DNA from: Octopus bimaculoides
Lineage: Eukaryota
Direction of reading: 5' to 3'
Length of the DNA stretch: 39,569 bases
NCBI RefSeq assembly: GCF_001194135.2
Contig: NC_068999.1
Coordinates: 18,749,423 to 18,788,991, forward strand
Below are positions 10,935 through 22,960 of this stretch, piece by piece (the stretch's first letter is position 1; each line of letters starts with the position of its first letter). Below the pieces are notes generated by a model. It was not told the origin of the DNA. It did not search any database and was given only the letters and a program-made list of their open reading frames with translations. The position numbers and the translations under genes were made by a program.

Positions 10935-12335
10935 ACTCCTCGAATTACAAATATAATAATCATTGTTGGCCTGCAAAACGTGACCGTGCACTTGGACACA
11001 GTCCCAGAAGGCACCGTACTCACACTCTATGTCTGGAAGCAGTGGAATACTGGGTGACTAGATATAGAGATAAAATAAATGAACGTTTTAAGACGGATCT
11101 CATCACCAAAGCCACACGCATACTATTAGAGGAAAACATTTAAATTTGACCACAAAACACTTAAAGGGTACAGCTATGGATACGCGTTTTGCACCCTAAT
11201 ATGCTAACTTGGTCATGGGGTTCCTATTGGAAAAACCTTTGACCAGGAATTCCAGATATACATCATGAAGCAATGGAAAGGATTTCTTGATGATTGTTTC
11301 ATCCTTTGGGTAAAATCAGACGCGGACCTAAGCACCTTTAAAGAGATATTGACCAATTTGCATCCATCCATAAAATTTACTACAAAATTCAACTTTAATG
11401 AATTACCATTCCTTGACGTTCTCATAAAAACACAAAACTGCAGAGTAACTACAGACATTTATTACAAAAAAACATACACGCATCACTATCTCATATTTGA
11501 CTCTTGCCACCCATCACACATTAAAAGAAATATAACTTATTCCATGGCAAGACGCATATGCACTATAGTAACAGAAACTGCAATACGTAAAACGCGACGA
11601 ACTCCAGGACTTCCTCAAAATACAAAAAATGCCTCCAAAGATTCACAAAGGAAGGTTTTAAAAAGGCATTGAAACTCAACACCATCGAATTAAGAACACC
11701 AAAAGAAACAAATAACAAAAAGACAATACAATTCGTCTCCACACACAGTCCTGTCTTTGCCATAAACATTTTCCAGGTTATAAGATTAGACTTACCCATA
11801 CTTCTACAAAGCCCTAAAATGATGAACCTGATGAACAAAAAAAAAGTCTTACTTAGTAGCAAACGCCAACCGAAAACCCTTAAAAAACACTTCAAAAGGG
11901 CAGAATTCAGATCGGAGAAAGGACCAGAATTCTCAGTAACAGAATGTGGAGACAAAGGATGCGGAATTTGCAACAACAACACTAATTACAAATACCTAGA
12001 ATGTGGTTCCCACTTGAAATTCCAAAGTGGCCCTCTCTTTAAAATCAATGCAAATTTGACCTGTAAAATGCAAAAATTCATATATTGCATTACCTGCCCA
12101 AACTGCAAGGAAAATTATATTAGCGAAACGAACAACTCCCTCTGGCAACGCACTAGAATACAGAGACAACACATAAAACAGGAAGAGTTACGCAAGCTAT
12201 CATTAAGCAAATACCTGGAAGTATGGGGTAATGGAAATTGTTTAATTATTCCATTCTACAAATGCTCACGGAATGACCCAGAATACCGTAAAGCTATGGA
12301 ACTGCGTTTTATAGAACAAATAACCCAAAATTGAA
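10935..12335 (+). mobile_element. Penelope-like retroelement (probably Neptune type), decayed RT plus GIY-YIG endonuclease
   Basis: LEAVEYW...KGTAMDTRFAP...ANLVMGF, KQWKGFLDDCFILW, LHPSIKFT, LPFLDV, TDIYYKKT...SCHPSHIKRNI, Cys linker CGDKGCGIC, then FIYCITCPNCKENYISET (GIY-YIG) and RKAMELRFI. Several frameshifts. A Cys-rich RT-EN linker is typical of Neptune PLEs. Confidence 0.92.
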
Positions 12336-12877
12336 AGATTAAAAGAAGTTTTAAATAGTAAAAAATCAAACAACGAAGATGATAATGAAAAAGAATATGA
12401 TCTGTTAAAAAATGTGATATATAAAAAAGAAAAAAAAACTTCCTATGTCTTTATATACAAATGAAAGGATTCTCTCTTCACTTTTTATATATACAATTAT
12501 ACAATTTAACATCTTAAACTTCTAACAATGTATGTATATATTTATACATTCTTATATGCATGTAGATATGTATGTATGCATGTATGTGTGGGTATATGTG
12601 TGTGTACACGTGTATCTGCATGCATACATGTATGTGTGTGTAAATGTATTTCTATATATATATGTATACATGTATATATGTTTGTATGCGTGTGTATGCA
12701 TATGTACGTATATGTCTATATGTGTATATATATATATATATATNNNNNNNNNNNNNNNNNNNNNNNNNNNNNNNNNNNNNNNNNNNNNNNNNNNNNNNNN
12801 NNNNNNNNNNNNNNNNNNNNNNNNNNNNNNNNNNNNNNNNNNNNNNNNNNNNNNNNNNNNNNNNNNNNNNNNNNNNN

Positions 12878-12916
<39 letters not shown>

Positions 12917-13465
12917 ATGTATGTATATGTATATCAAACATTGAATGGTAGACCACCTGTTCTTCTAGAAACCCACAGGGAGTGCCAAGTAAGAAATGGA
13001 CACAATATTTTCTTTTGTTTTATATTTAATTTTTCTTTTATTATTCCCTGTCTTTCTTTCTCATTTTTCAGGACACAGCATATGTATGTATGAATGTTTA
13101 TGAAACGACTCACACACAGCATGTTCTTCCATGTATATATGTGTCTGTATATATGTATATATTTGTATGTAAGCATATATTTGTGTATGTACATAGTAAC
13201 ACTCCTATTATTGAAAAACAAACCTTTTTCCTTCGCTGTTTCCGTTTCTTACAAAGGTCATCTAAAACATACATAAGGACACAAAAAGAAAAAAAGTATT
13301 TTAAGAACACACGCACCCATATTCTCTGTCACATTCTCCTTCCATATCACTCTCCCACTCACTCTCTTTCACCTTGTCACTCCCTCTATTAAACACACAC
13401 ACACTCTCTCTCTCTCCCCACTTCATTCACCAATAATATAAAAACAAGTAAAACTTTGCAAACTT

Positions 13466-13510
13466 ACATTTCTGATGAAACTTTAGTAGTAGTTGAGAGC
13501 GCTTAAATAT
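13466..13510 (+). ncRNA. Minimal type I hammerhead ribozyme motif, one core mutation
   Basis: ACATTT-CTGATGA-AACT ttagtagt AGTT-GAGA-GCGC-TT-AAATAT: stem I 5/6 pairs, 4-bp stem II, palindromic stem III; GAAA is mutated to GAGA. Confidence 0.6.
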
Positions 13511-13655
13511 CAATTAAATGTGATTTGAAGAAACAATATTTGGTATGTAAATAAATGTGTATATATTTTTTATATACAACCATCCAGCATTCTGATCACC
13601 TTTTTCTTTCATATGTATTAAATCTGTACATCGCCCCAATACTTCTAATATATAT

Positions 13656-14334
13656 NNNNNNNNNNNNNNNNNNNNNNNNNNNNNNNNNNNNNNNNNNNNN
13701 NNNNNNNNNNNNNNNNNNNNNNNNNNNNNNNNNNNNNNNNNNNNNNNNNNNNNNNNNNNNNNNNNNNNNNNNNNNNNNNNNNNNNNNNNNNNNNNNNNNN
13801 NNNNNNNNNNNNNNNNNNNNNNNNNNNNNNNNNNNNNNNNNNNNNNNNNNNNNNNNNNNNNNNNNNNNNNNNNNNNNNNNNNNNNNNNNNNNNNNNNNNN
13901 NNNNNNNNNNNNNNNNNNNNNNNNNNNNNNNNNNNNNNNNNNNNNNNNNNNNNNNNNNNNNNNNNNNNNNNNNNNNNNNNNNNNNNNNNNNNNNNNNNNN
14001 NNNNNNNNNNNNNNNNNNNNNNNNNNNNNNNNNNNNNNNNNNNNNNNNNNNNNNNNNNNNNNNNNNNNNNNNNNNNNNNNNNNNNNNNNNNNNNNNNNNN
14101 NNNNNNNNNNNNNNNNNNNNNNNNNNNNNNNNNNNNNNNNNNNNNNNNNNNNNNNNNNNNNNNNNNNNNNNNNNNNNNNNNNNNNNNNNNNNNNNNNNNN
14201 NNNNNNNNNNNNNNNNNNNNNNNNNNNNNNNNNNNNNNNNNNNNNNNNNNNNNNNNNNNNNNNNNNNNNNNNNNNNNNNNNNNNNNNNNNNNNNNNNNNN
14301 NNNNNNNNNNNNNNNNNNNNNNNNNNNNNNNNNN
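13656..14334. other. Assembly gap (largest of seven; others 629-638, 12744-12877, 22795-22859, 28870-28879, 29848-29986, 32707-32910)
   Basis: Runs of N, nearly all flanked by microsatellites. Confidence 0.98.
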
Positions 14335-14388
<54 letters not shown>

Positions 14389-14448
14389 TGACAACAAAAG
14401 AATGAATGTGACATGAATATTATGTAAATAGAGGAATATGTGACAATT

Positions 14449-15084
14449 AGTTGGTTGTCATAATAAAAGTTAGAGTTTCGGATGCCGGTACTGAAGTCAG
14501 CTCTCATCAGTTATTAACACAACCAAAAACACTATGAAAAGAAAAACACTGAATAAAGGAAAGTTACTCCAATAGGCGTATGTGTGCATATGGACACATG
14601 TACCAATAAACATACACGTGCGCACACACATACACACACATGTGTGTATATATATATATATACATACTCACACACGCGTGTACATATACATACAAACAAT
14701 ACATATGTATATGTCTATACATACGTAAACATACATGCATACAATACACGCATACACGCACATACACACGTATATATAACCATGCACGCATCATTATGTT
14801 CATACACACATCTATATACGCACATGCACATATGTACGCGGATAGACGTATGTACATATAAAAACACATATGTAAAAAAATAAACCGCAGAACATTCACA
14901 TTCGCCACAAAACTTGAATATACATGAGTTATGTATGTATCTACACAAATACAACCTCCTGTCTGTCAAACATATCTACACCTGCAGATATTTAAACGTA
15001 TATACATACGTATATGTATGAAAGAATGAGTCAGGTACAACAGGTAGCGTTTTCCACTCGTGTATATACAATCATTCGTACACA
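14449..15084 (-). repeat. Left arm of a ~630 bp inverted repeat (Penelope-like 3' region/pLTR with a hammerhead-like end)
   Basis: Reverse complement aligns with 16250-16880 (GTGTACGAATGATTGTATAT, CAGGTGTAGAT, TACATACGTCTATCCGCGTA, ACGCCTATTGG, TAATAACTGATGAGA, GAAACTCT, TTTTATTATGACAACCAACT). Confidence 0.85.
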
Positions 15085-15102
15085 CCCACACACACCCACA
15101 CA

Positions 15103-15141
<39 letters not shown>

Positions 15142-15294
15142 ATAAAGTAGAATGTTCTCTATGTGGCTTGTGTGTTTTCTCGTCTCTGTTTTGTTTGCAA
15201 TGTCCTGTACCCAGATATGCACCTATACATACAGGTGGATGTCGGTATGCACATACCTGTACGTATATATGCATATACTCATTTACTATTTGTT

Positions 15295-15329
<35 letters not shown>

Positions 15330-15384
15330 TTACACAATAATAAAGGGTGAAAAGCAATATACAGAAAAAATATATAAAGCAATA

Positions 15385-15785
15385 AAAAATATATATGATA
15401 AAACCCTTCGTAAACCGATCTTGCGCTGGTCCATTGGGGTTTGTGGTTAAAGCTACGGCATCATCTTCGTAAATGGCGAAATACATACCAGGAAAAGTTT
15501 TATCTAACGTATCGAGTAGGAATAGTCCAATAAGATCGCATATGCCTGCTCCGTCATATGACCCCATGCTCATTTCGAAGGCACCCTCTGTATCGGTTGT
15601 CGTAACCAACTTTGCGTTTTCACTGAAGAGTAAATTCATTCTAGCATGGAAGACAATGTCCTTATCTTCTGTACTAATTTTTATAAATTCACTTGCGAAG
15701 GTGAGGGCTTTATCGAGCAGTTCCTTAGAAATAGATGTATAGAAGTCAACAATATGAAATTGTGTAAATTTCGCTCTGAGACACT
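15385..15785 (-). mobile_element. Penelope-like RT fragment (resembles the Naiad/Chlamys type)
   Basis: KFTQFHIVDFYTSISKELLDKALTFA...DIVFHARMNLLF...FEMSMGSYDGAGICDLIGLFLL...AIYEDDAV...GPAQDR corresponds to the FDIVDFYPSI, MGSYDGAExCELVG and YRDD motifs. Confidence 0.85.
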
Positions 15786-15799
15786 AGGAAAAAAGGAAA

Positions 15800-16035
15800 A
15801 CAACCACATTATCCAGTTATATATGATCCTTAAAAGAAACAGGTGCCGGCTATAAGATTCACTGGAAACTTCTGGTCAACTGCGAGCCTTACACCAATGG
15901 CAGTGGAAAATACGGTCTTTGCGATATGGAAAGATGGCTCATTTGGTAAAGTACTTTAAACCCCAATACATGTCTAAATTCAAGAATTGAACATTTGGGG
16001 TTTTCTCCACATATGGCACAACATTTGTTACGTTT
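15800..16035 (+). mobile_element. Penelope-like GIY-YIG C-terminal fragment
   Basis: TTTLSSYI/SLKETGAGYKIHWKLLVNCEPYTNGSGKYGLCDMERWLI*STLNPNTCLNSRIEHLGFSPH matches the LSKYIWxLK...IKW...Y.NG...CxLC...LN.R.E...C.H pattern. Confidence 0.75.
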
Positions 16036-16249
16036 TTGCACACCTCCTCCAAGATCACAAATAGAACCTGCTTCTTATTTTATGTTCACGTACAAGCCTT
16101 TCATATGTCTTAACATTTCGTATATATTTCTTATATATATATATTTTGCTTTGTATATTTCTCTGCATATTACTTTTTACCCTTTATAATTGTGGAAACT
16201 ATATACGCGTGTAGTATATATCAAATGTGTATTTCCGTGCATATATACA

Positions 16250-16616
16250 TGTGTACGAATGATTGTATATATACGAGTCTAAAACTTTACCTCTTGTAAT
16301 TGTCTCATTCCTTCATACATATATGTATGTATATATGTTTATATATCTACAGGTGTAGATGTGTTTGACAGTCAGGAGGATGTATTCTTGTACATATATA
16401 AATCATATGTATATTGAAGTTTTGCGTCGAATGTCAATGTTTTACGGTTTATGTTTACGCGAACGTGTTTTTATTTGTACATACGTCTATCCGCGTATGT
16501 ATGCACATGTTCGTATAGAGATGTGTATATGAACATAACGATGCATGCATGGGTTTATATACGTGTGTATATATATCAGTGTCTGTGTTTGCATCTATAT
16601 TTACACGCGTTAGTCC

Positions 16617-16664
<48 letters not shown>

Positions 16665-16880
16665 GTGCGTGTGTGCGTGCGTGTATGTATATGTGTACAT
16701 GTGTACATATGCAGATTCTATGAACGAAGTTTTACTTTCCCCACGCCTATTGGTATAATTCCCCTTCATTTAACAGATTCTTCATAGCATTTCTGCTTGT
16801 CTTAATAACTGATGAGATGCCGCCGGAGCAGAATTTAACCTCTGTATCGGAAACTCTGAGTTTTATTATGACAACCAACT
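16250..16880 (+). repeat. Right arm of the ~630 bp inverted repeat (Penelope-like 3' region/pLTR)
   Basis: See the left arm; ends in a hammerhead-like motif at 16803-16868. Confidence 0.85.
16803..16868 (+). ncRNA. Degenerate type I hammerhead ribozyme motif
   Basis: TAATAA-CTGATGA-GATGC...GTATCG-GAAA-CTCTGAG-TT-TTATTA; stem I is perfect (6 bp) and stem III is near-palindromic. A homologous motif lies on the minus strand at 14461-14516. Confidence 0.6.
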
Positions 16881-17745
16881 GTAACCTTAGCACCATCGAA
16901 GTATCAGTTGAGTTTTTTTTTTTTTAAACCAGACAATGTTCTGGTTTAATATATACACTAACGTGCACGCATAGGCATTCAAGACATGCACCACTAGGCA
17001 AAAACGTATATATATAAATAACAATATATGCATATATGCAAAATACGTACACATATACACACGCAAAACACGTGCATATAAATAGTGGTTATAGATATGC
17101 ATGCACAAAGCAAATTTACATAAAATGTTATAAATGCATATATGTACGCATGTACACACACTCAGACACTCATCCATGTATTCACAAACACACACCTACG
17201 CATTAGTGCATAATTTCGAAAAAAGACAATTATATATAACACATAGTTAACTATTTATTACAGCGTGTGCGTGTTAGCATATTTGAAACAAAGAAACCGT
17301 TATAGGTGTATACATATACGTAGTTTTCATTGATGTGTTTAACAGTAAATAAATCTCTTTATTTCATTATAAATTATATTATTAATTGTGAGAAATATTA
17401 TTTCTAGTTTATTTTTTATAAATTAATTAATTATTTTATAGCTGTGTTAGTCATAATTGCTAGTGTCTACGGTTAATTTTAATATTCTATTTAATTAATT
17501 TCATTATATTTATTTTACCCGGATATTGTTTTGTATGTATCACGTGACTGGGCTAGATTTTACATTTGTTTCTGCTATGTAGTAGTCGTGTCTTACCAAA
17601 GATTTGAGTTAAATTGTTATCTTTATTAGACTTACATCTTAGACTTATATTATAGTGCTTGTATATTTATATTTTCTATTAGACTACTGTTATTTCATTT
17701 TTCTATTGTAATTATATTTCTTAAATATGTGTTTACTCATGTGTG

Positions 17746-18108
17746 GCAGCGGACTCGCGGTCATAGGACCGCGGTTTCGATTCCCAGACCGGATGTTGTG
17801 AGTGTTTATTGAGCGAAAACACCTAAAAGCGCCACGAGGCTTCGGCAGGGATGATGGCGAACCCTGCTGTACTCTTTCACCACAACTTTCTCTCACACTT
17901 TCTTCCTATTTCTGTTGAACCTGTAATTCAAAGGACCAGCCTTGTCACACTGTGTCACGCTGAACCTCCCCGAGAACTACGTTAAGGGTACACGTGTCTG
18001 TGGAGTGCTCAGCCACTTGCACGTTAATTTCACGAGCAGGCTGTCCCGTTGATCGGATCAACTGGGACCCTCGACGTCGTAAGCGACGGTGTGCCAATAC
18101 AACAAACA
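17746..18108 (+). mobile_element. tRNA-derived SINE (family C, head resembles tRNA-Arg), 5'-truncated, with 11-bp TSD
   Basis: GCAGCGGACTCGCGGTCATAGGACCGCGGTTTCGATTCCC (B box 17773-17785) and tail CGACGGTGTGCCAATACAACAAACA. Flanked by ACTCATGTGTG (17735-17745) and ACTCCTGTGTG (18109-18119). Confidence 0.85.
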
Positions 18109-18114
18109 ACTCCT

Positions 18115-19100
18115 GTGTGATCAGGATATCCTCTGTCTATTTTCCTATTTTGATAAATGCCTGCATAGATAATATCGGGAAAACATCCTCAGCACACAAG
18201 TCACAATTCTTGTCCCCGATGATATAAGATTTTGCTCGATTAATTACTTCCCACTTTAGCTTATGATCCTTGTTTTTATATTTTATCTCACATATGTATC
18301 TCTTTAAGCTGGTGCTAGTTATTTTTCTTTAAAGGTGCTTTCGCGTTTAGCTATTCTTCTCTTTATGTAATTTACTATGGATCCTATATAGTAGTTTTTG
18401 ATCCCTCAGTTTCCATGTCATACCTATATACTAAACATGTTTGCGGAATATTTTTAACGAGCAGTGGTTAATAAATTTACAATCGCAACTTTAATTTTCA
18501 GCTTCTCATTTAATTATGCCTTGACCATTTCCACTTATATAGGTTCATTTCCACTTTCTTTATTTCTGATGGTTTGCTTCCTAAATATAAGATTTTTAGT
18601 GTACTGTCTTTCTTATCAATCTTAAAATTGGTATTTATGCTTATTCTGTGTTCATTGCATCCGTTATATGTATTCTCATATGCTTCTGGGTTCCTACTAA
18701 AGTTATTACCTTTATTGTTATCATTATGCGTTTTTTTTTTATATTTTACTGGGTTGTGACTTTTTATTTTTCTTATCTGCTTGGGAGACATAATGCCTTT
18801 CATTACTTCCTCTTTGTATTTTGCGAATTGTCGTCATGATTAACATATATTATGGTCAAGAAGCAGGTTATATGGATTCTTCTTGTCTCTATTATCATAG
18901 AAAATGTTCGTTCTTTTATTCTTCAGTGCAGATATGACTTCTGCAATGATTTTTGAAACGCAGAAGCTCACTTTTAGATTACAAGAGTTTATTACCTTGT
19001 GGTACTTATATTCCTCCCTAAAAGGTTTGGAGACAGCATTATAGAACAGTTGTAATATTATTTTAATCGGAATTTCTATTAAAATAATCTATGTGTGTGT
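18115..19100 (-). mobile_element. Decayed Penelope-like element, thumb/linker plus GIY-YIG (resembles the Naiad type)
   Basis: FREEYKYHKVINSCNLKVSFC (18961-19020), CDCKFINHCSL (from 18487), YYIGSIVNYIKRRIAKRESTFKK (YIG 18382-18390), STSLKRYICEIK...KLKWEVINRAKSYIIGDKNCDLC (18194-18205). Confidence 0.8.
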
Positions 19101-20628
19101 TAATTGCATTTATATATGTGCTGTAGCGTTTTATTCTATTTTTATGAATTTTATTCTTTAGGTCTTGGATATTAACCCATTCGTTCCTTTCTATCGTTTC
19201 TTATCTTTTACTTAAGAATTTACAATTATTACCATTATTATTCTTGGAGTATTCATGTTTTGGCCTTTTAAACTTTCTGTATCTTTTAAGTCTTATTTAT
19301 TCTTCATTGTTTCTATTCGTGCTATATGTGTTTTATTTCTTCATTTTATCTTATATTATTTCGTTGTTATGTATATATTCATAGCTATAGCATGTTGAGT
19401 TCCTTCCTTAGTTATTTTATTTTTCTGTTTAAATCACTAAGGAGATGTGCCGGTAATATCCAAACAAACTTCACAGTTTTCCATCTCTACCACTACAAAG
19501 AAACAATTTATATACAAGAAGGTTTAAATGAAGAATATTTGTTTATCGAATAGTACAGAACACATCTAAATATGAATGTATAGCCAACTTTGATGTCAGT
19601 ATATATTTTAATTCATGATCACATACCAATCACTATACATATTTTATCTCACTACTTCAGCTTTTGAGTTTTTATGTATACATTTTTGATCCATTCCTCG
19701 AGAGATGACCAATTACCTCCTCCGTCACTAAGAATAATGATCACGAATTACCTCCCCTTCGATTTTCTGCTTCGTGAACCATTCATTCACAAACTTTTCC
19801 ATACACAATATACACTAAACTCATTTTAAGAAAATACGAAATGGCAATAATTTCAATGTCACACTTAAAGAAAGCGAAACCGAGCGACATACACGATATA
19901 AAATATATTCTAAAATATATTAAAAGTATGTAAAGTGTGTGAATTCTCCTTCTTTATTCTATTTATATTTTGTTTTACATTACAACTCAACACGTGGAGA
20001 TAATCGAAATTCCTCTTTTTGAAATAAGAGCCATGAATTTTCCTATATATTAATAAAACTTGCTTATTATCCCATGCGCATTTCGATGCAAGATCCCGAT
20101 TCACTCTTGTCTGAGATAAGAAATTAGGGTCTTCCATATCTTCAGGGTCAAATTACATCAATTCACAACAGACAATATTATTATTTGTATATAGATTACA
20201 TGTATATGGAGAAGTTCTAATCAGGTTGTTTCAACATGAACATATTGATACGGCTTGCAATATCGGTGAAGAAAACCGTTATATATTAGAGTATCTAAGT
20301 ACAATTGTTAACCTAGGATATTAAGTGACGACATGCTCACGACGCTGTTAAATCAGATAAGAAAACCATTAGAGGTTTGGGAAGAAAAGAAATGAAAAAA
20401 AAAATTACATATTATAGATCTTGTAGAAATACAAATTAATGGTCAAAGGGAGGTAAATCTAGCAAAATAAGGTTTTTGACGTACATAATTTATATCATTG
20501 TGATCAACCCATTAAATAATTATATTTATTTATAAGTTTTAAATGACTTTGAGAAATAATTTAAGGAATATGTAATCAAGATAAATTATAAATTATAAAT
20601 TAAAAAAATATAAAATAAAATAAAGTAA

Positions 20629-21188
20629 GTTCTATAGAGAGATATATTCCAATCATGCAATATCATTAAACACATGTAATTTATAAAAAATCAGTAGCCG
20701 TGAATTGAATTTTATGCTTCTAGTATGAAAGGAATAAATCTTCCGTGGTATGTCCACCTCGGACAAAGATAACACATTTTTTCCACGTACGAGGGAAAAT
20801 AAATTTGGCGGTGAATATGTGTAATATTATGAATAAATGATGAAGAAATAGAAGAGGTTACCCATGTCCTTGAAGTGGTATGCGGTACGGTTTGAGATCA
20901 CAAAGATAACCAAATCAGATTTGAAAACCAAGCGAAGGAGACGTACTGAAGCGAATGAGCAAATGCCAATACAAACGCAGAGTCACGCACACTGACAGCC
21001 ACGCTCACGCCAAATTTATTTTCCCTCGTACGTGGAAAAATGTGTTATCTTTGTCCGAGGAAGACATACCACGGAAGATTTATTCATTTCATACTAGAAG
21101 CATAAACTTCAATTCACAGCTACTCATTTTTTACTTATTGCATGTGTTTAATCATACTGCATGATTGGAATATATCTCACTATAGAAC
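20629..21188. mobile_element. Foldback element/MITE with ~185 bp inverted arms and a 190 bp spacer
   Basis: 20629-20814 is the reverse complement of 21005-21188 (about 15 differences by manual count). No coding capacity. Confidence 0.85.
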
Positions 21189-21559
21189 CATTCATTGTAG
21201 TTATGGAATTAATACATATTTTATATAATTTTATGTATCATTTAAAAATCTACATTACAATGAAGTGAAGAAGGTAACTGTCTCAAACCGAGAGTGGAAA
21301 GTGAAGGAATAATACATATTGTGAAACACAATATTACAGAATAATATTGTGTTTTACTTAATAAGCTTTACATTTTACAGTGGCAGGCATTATGATGTGG
21401 AAATAACTTTGCTTTACAACCATAGAATCTTGGTTGAAATCTCACTGCAATGCAATTTACGCAATCGTTTTCTCATTTTCTTTAAACACGGGCCACCCAA
21501 AGCAGTGTAAATGGACCTAATACACGCAGACTAAACCAAGCCTCCCATGCATATATATA

Positions 21560-21895
21560 TTCTTGTATTTGTTTCAGCGAAGTGGTTGCGGTCATGCTGG
21601 AGCACTGACGTGAATGATTTTAGTCGAACAAATCAAACCCAGGACATATTTTTAACCTTAGTACTTCTATCGGTCTCTTGCTAAGCCGTTAGATAATTGG
21701 GACGTAAACACATGAACACCAGTTGTCAAGCGGCGATGGGTGGACAAATACAGATGCACATAAACACATAGTTATATATATATATATATATATATATATA
21801 CGACAGACTTCTTTCATTTTCCGTCTACCAAATCCACTCACAAGGCTTTGGTAAGTCAGAGGCTATAATAAGAGACGCCCAATGTGCTATCCATG
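21560..21895 (-). mobile_element. SINE family B body and 3' segment with internal CA/TA microsatellite
   Basis: GTTTCAG...GCGGTCATGCTGGAGCAC...TAGTCGAACAAATC...GTACTTCTATCGGTCTC...GTTGTCAAGCG then (TA)n then CGACAGACTTCTTTC...GTCTACCAAATCCACTCACAAGGCTTTGG. Confidence 0.8.
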
Positions 21896-21929
21896 ATTTT
21901 TAAGGTAAAGTATTGTTAGACTGCTAAAT

Positions 21930-22560
21930 ATGAAAGTTCACATTGGACCTATATAATCTGTATTGAGTTACAGCCTGCCATGTGTTTGTGGGTGTGAGTG
22001 GACTGGTTATTTCTTTTAAGGAGGGTTTCTATGGGAGATGTTTTGGGGAAGATTTTATGCATTAAATTTGGGGTCTTATTATTGATTAGAATTTATTCAT
22101 GTTTGTACAAATTCGTAAGCAAGTGTCCCTAGTCGTTGGTACTTACAGGATTTGACAATAGCTTTAGTTATTTTTGTTTCTCTGGCTTTTAATCATTTGC
22201 TTTCTCTCAATGTAAAGATAAAAAGTTAAGCGTCCAGTATTTAAAAACTTAGTACCTGAGAGTATCAACATTTTTGTGATGGAAAATTGAAGGGATTCAC
22301 AAAAAATGTAAGTAGGTTGTAATATTTAGCTACTCAGTTTCTGTAATCGTCGTTATTTATGTTATTTCCTACTTTTTTTTGGTAGGTTAGGGTTATCCAA
22401 AAGGAACATAATGGAGTTGTTTGTCTCGAATATTTTTTCTTGTTACTTGGATGTCCAGAAATGTATTTGGGTAGCTGTAAGGTATGTTGGCCTGTATGTT
22501 TCTCTTTAGGTCTTCTTTGTTCTTTTACCAATTTGCTTAGTACGTAGATGTTTCAACACT
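21930..22560 (-). mobile_element. Highly decayed Penelope-like RT C-terminus/thumb fragment
   Basis: Frameshifted motifs TFLDIQVTRK, YSQVL and KIFPKTSPI...PSLKEI resemble PLE FLDV, YSQxLR and IFP..P..AYRR..NL motifs. Confidence 0.5.
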
Positions 22561-22694
22561 TGTGGTTTATGGAGGCAGAATTAGAGACGATAGAAAAGCC
22601 CACATTAAGGTCCAATACATCCCAGTCTGACAATAGCTTAATTGTACGAAACTTAGAAGTTTCTGTCAATAAAATGCATTTTCCTTAGAATCTT

Positions 22695-22699
<5 letters not shown>

Positions 22700-22744
<45 letters not shown>

Positions 22745-22859
22745 CCTCTCTCTCTCTATCTCTCTATCTCTCTCTCACTCCCTTGATATATATANNNNNN
22801 NNNNNNNNNNNNNNNNNNNNNNNNNNNNNNNNNNNNNNNNNNNNNNNNNNNNNNNNNNN

Positions 22860-22915
<56 letters not shown>
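22700..22915. repeat. (CT)n, gap, (TA)n(GA)n microsatellites
   Basis: Direct reading; N-gap 22795-22859. Confidence 0.9.
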
Positions 22916-22960
22916 TAACATAAAGATAAAGACAGGCCAATCAATTCACATACAATAATA

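Noticed and set aside
12528-17195. Numerous long ORFs rich in Y/I/C/V/H/T or X
   Set aside because: Translations of TA/CA/GT microsatellites and N-gaps, not genes.
15800-18490. Possible selenocysteine (in-frame TGA) at Cys positions, as reported for some Naiad elements
   Set aside because: Cys positions that could be read are TGC/TGT (one is TAC); no TGA at those sites.
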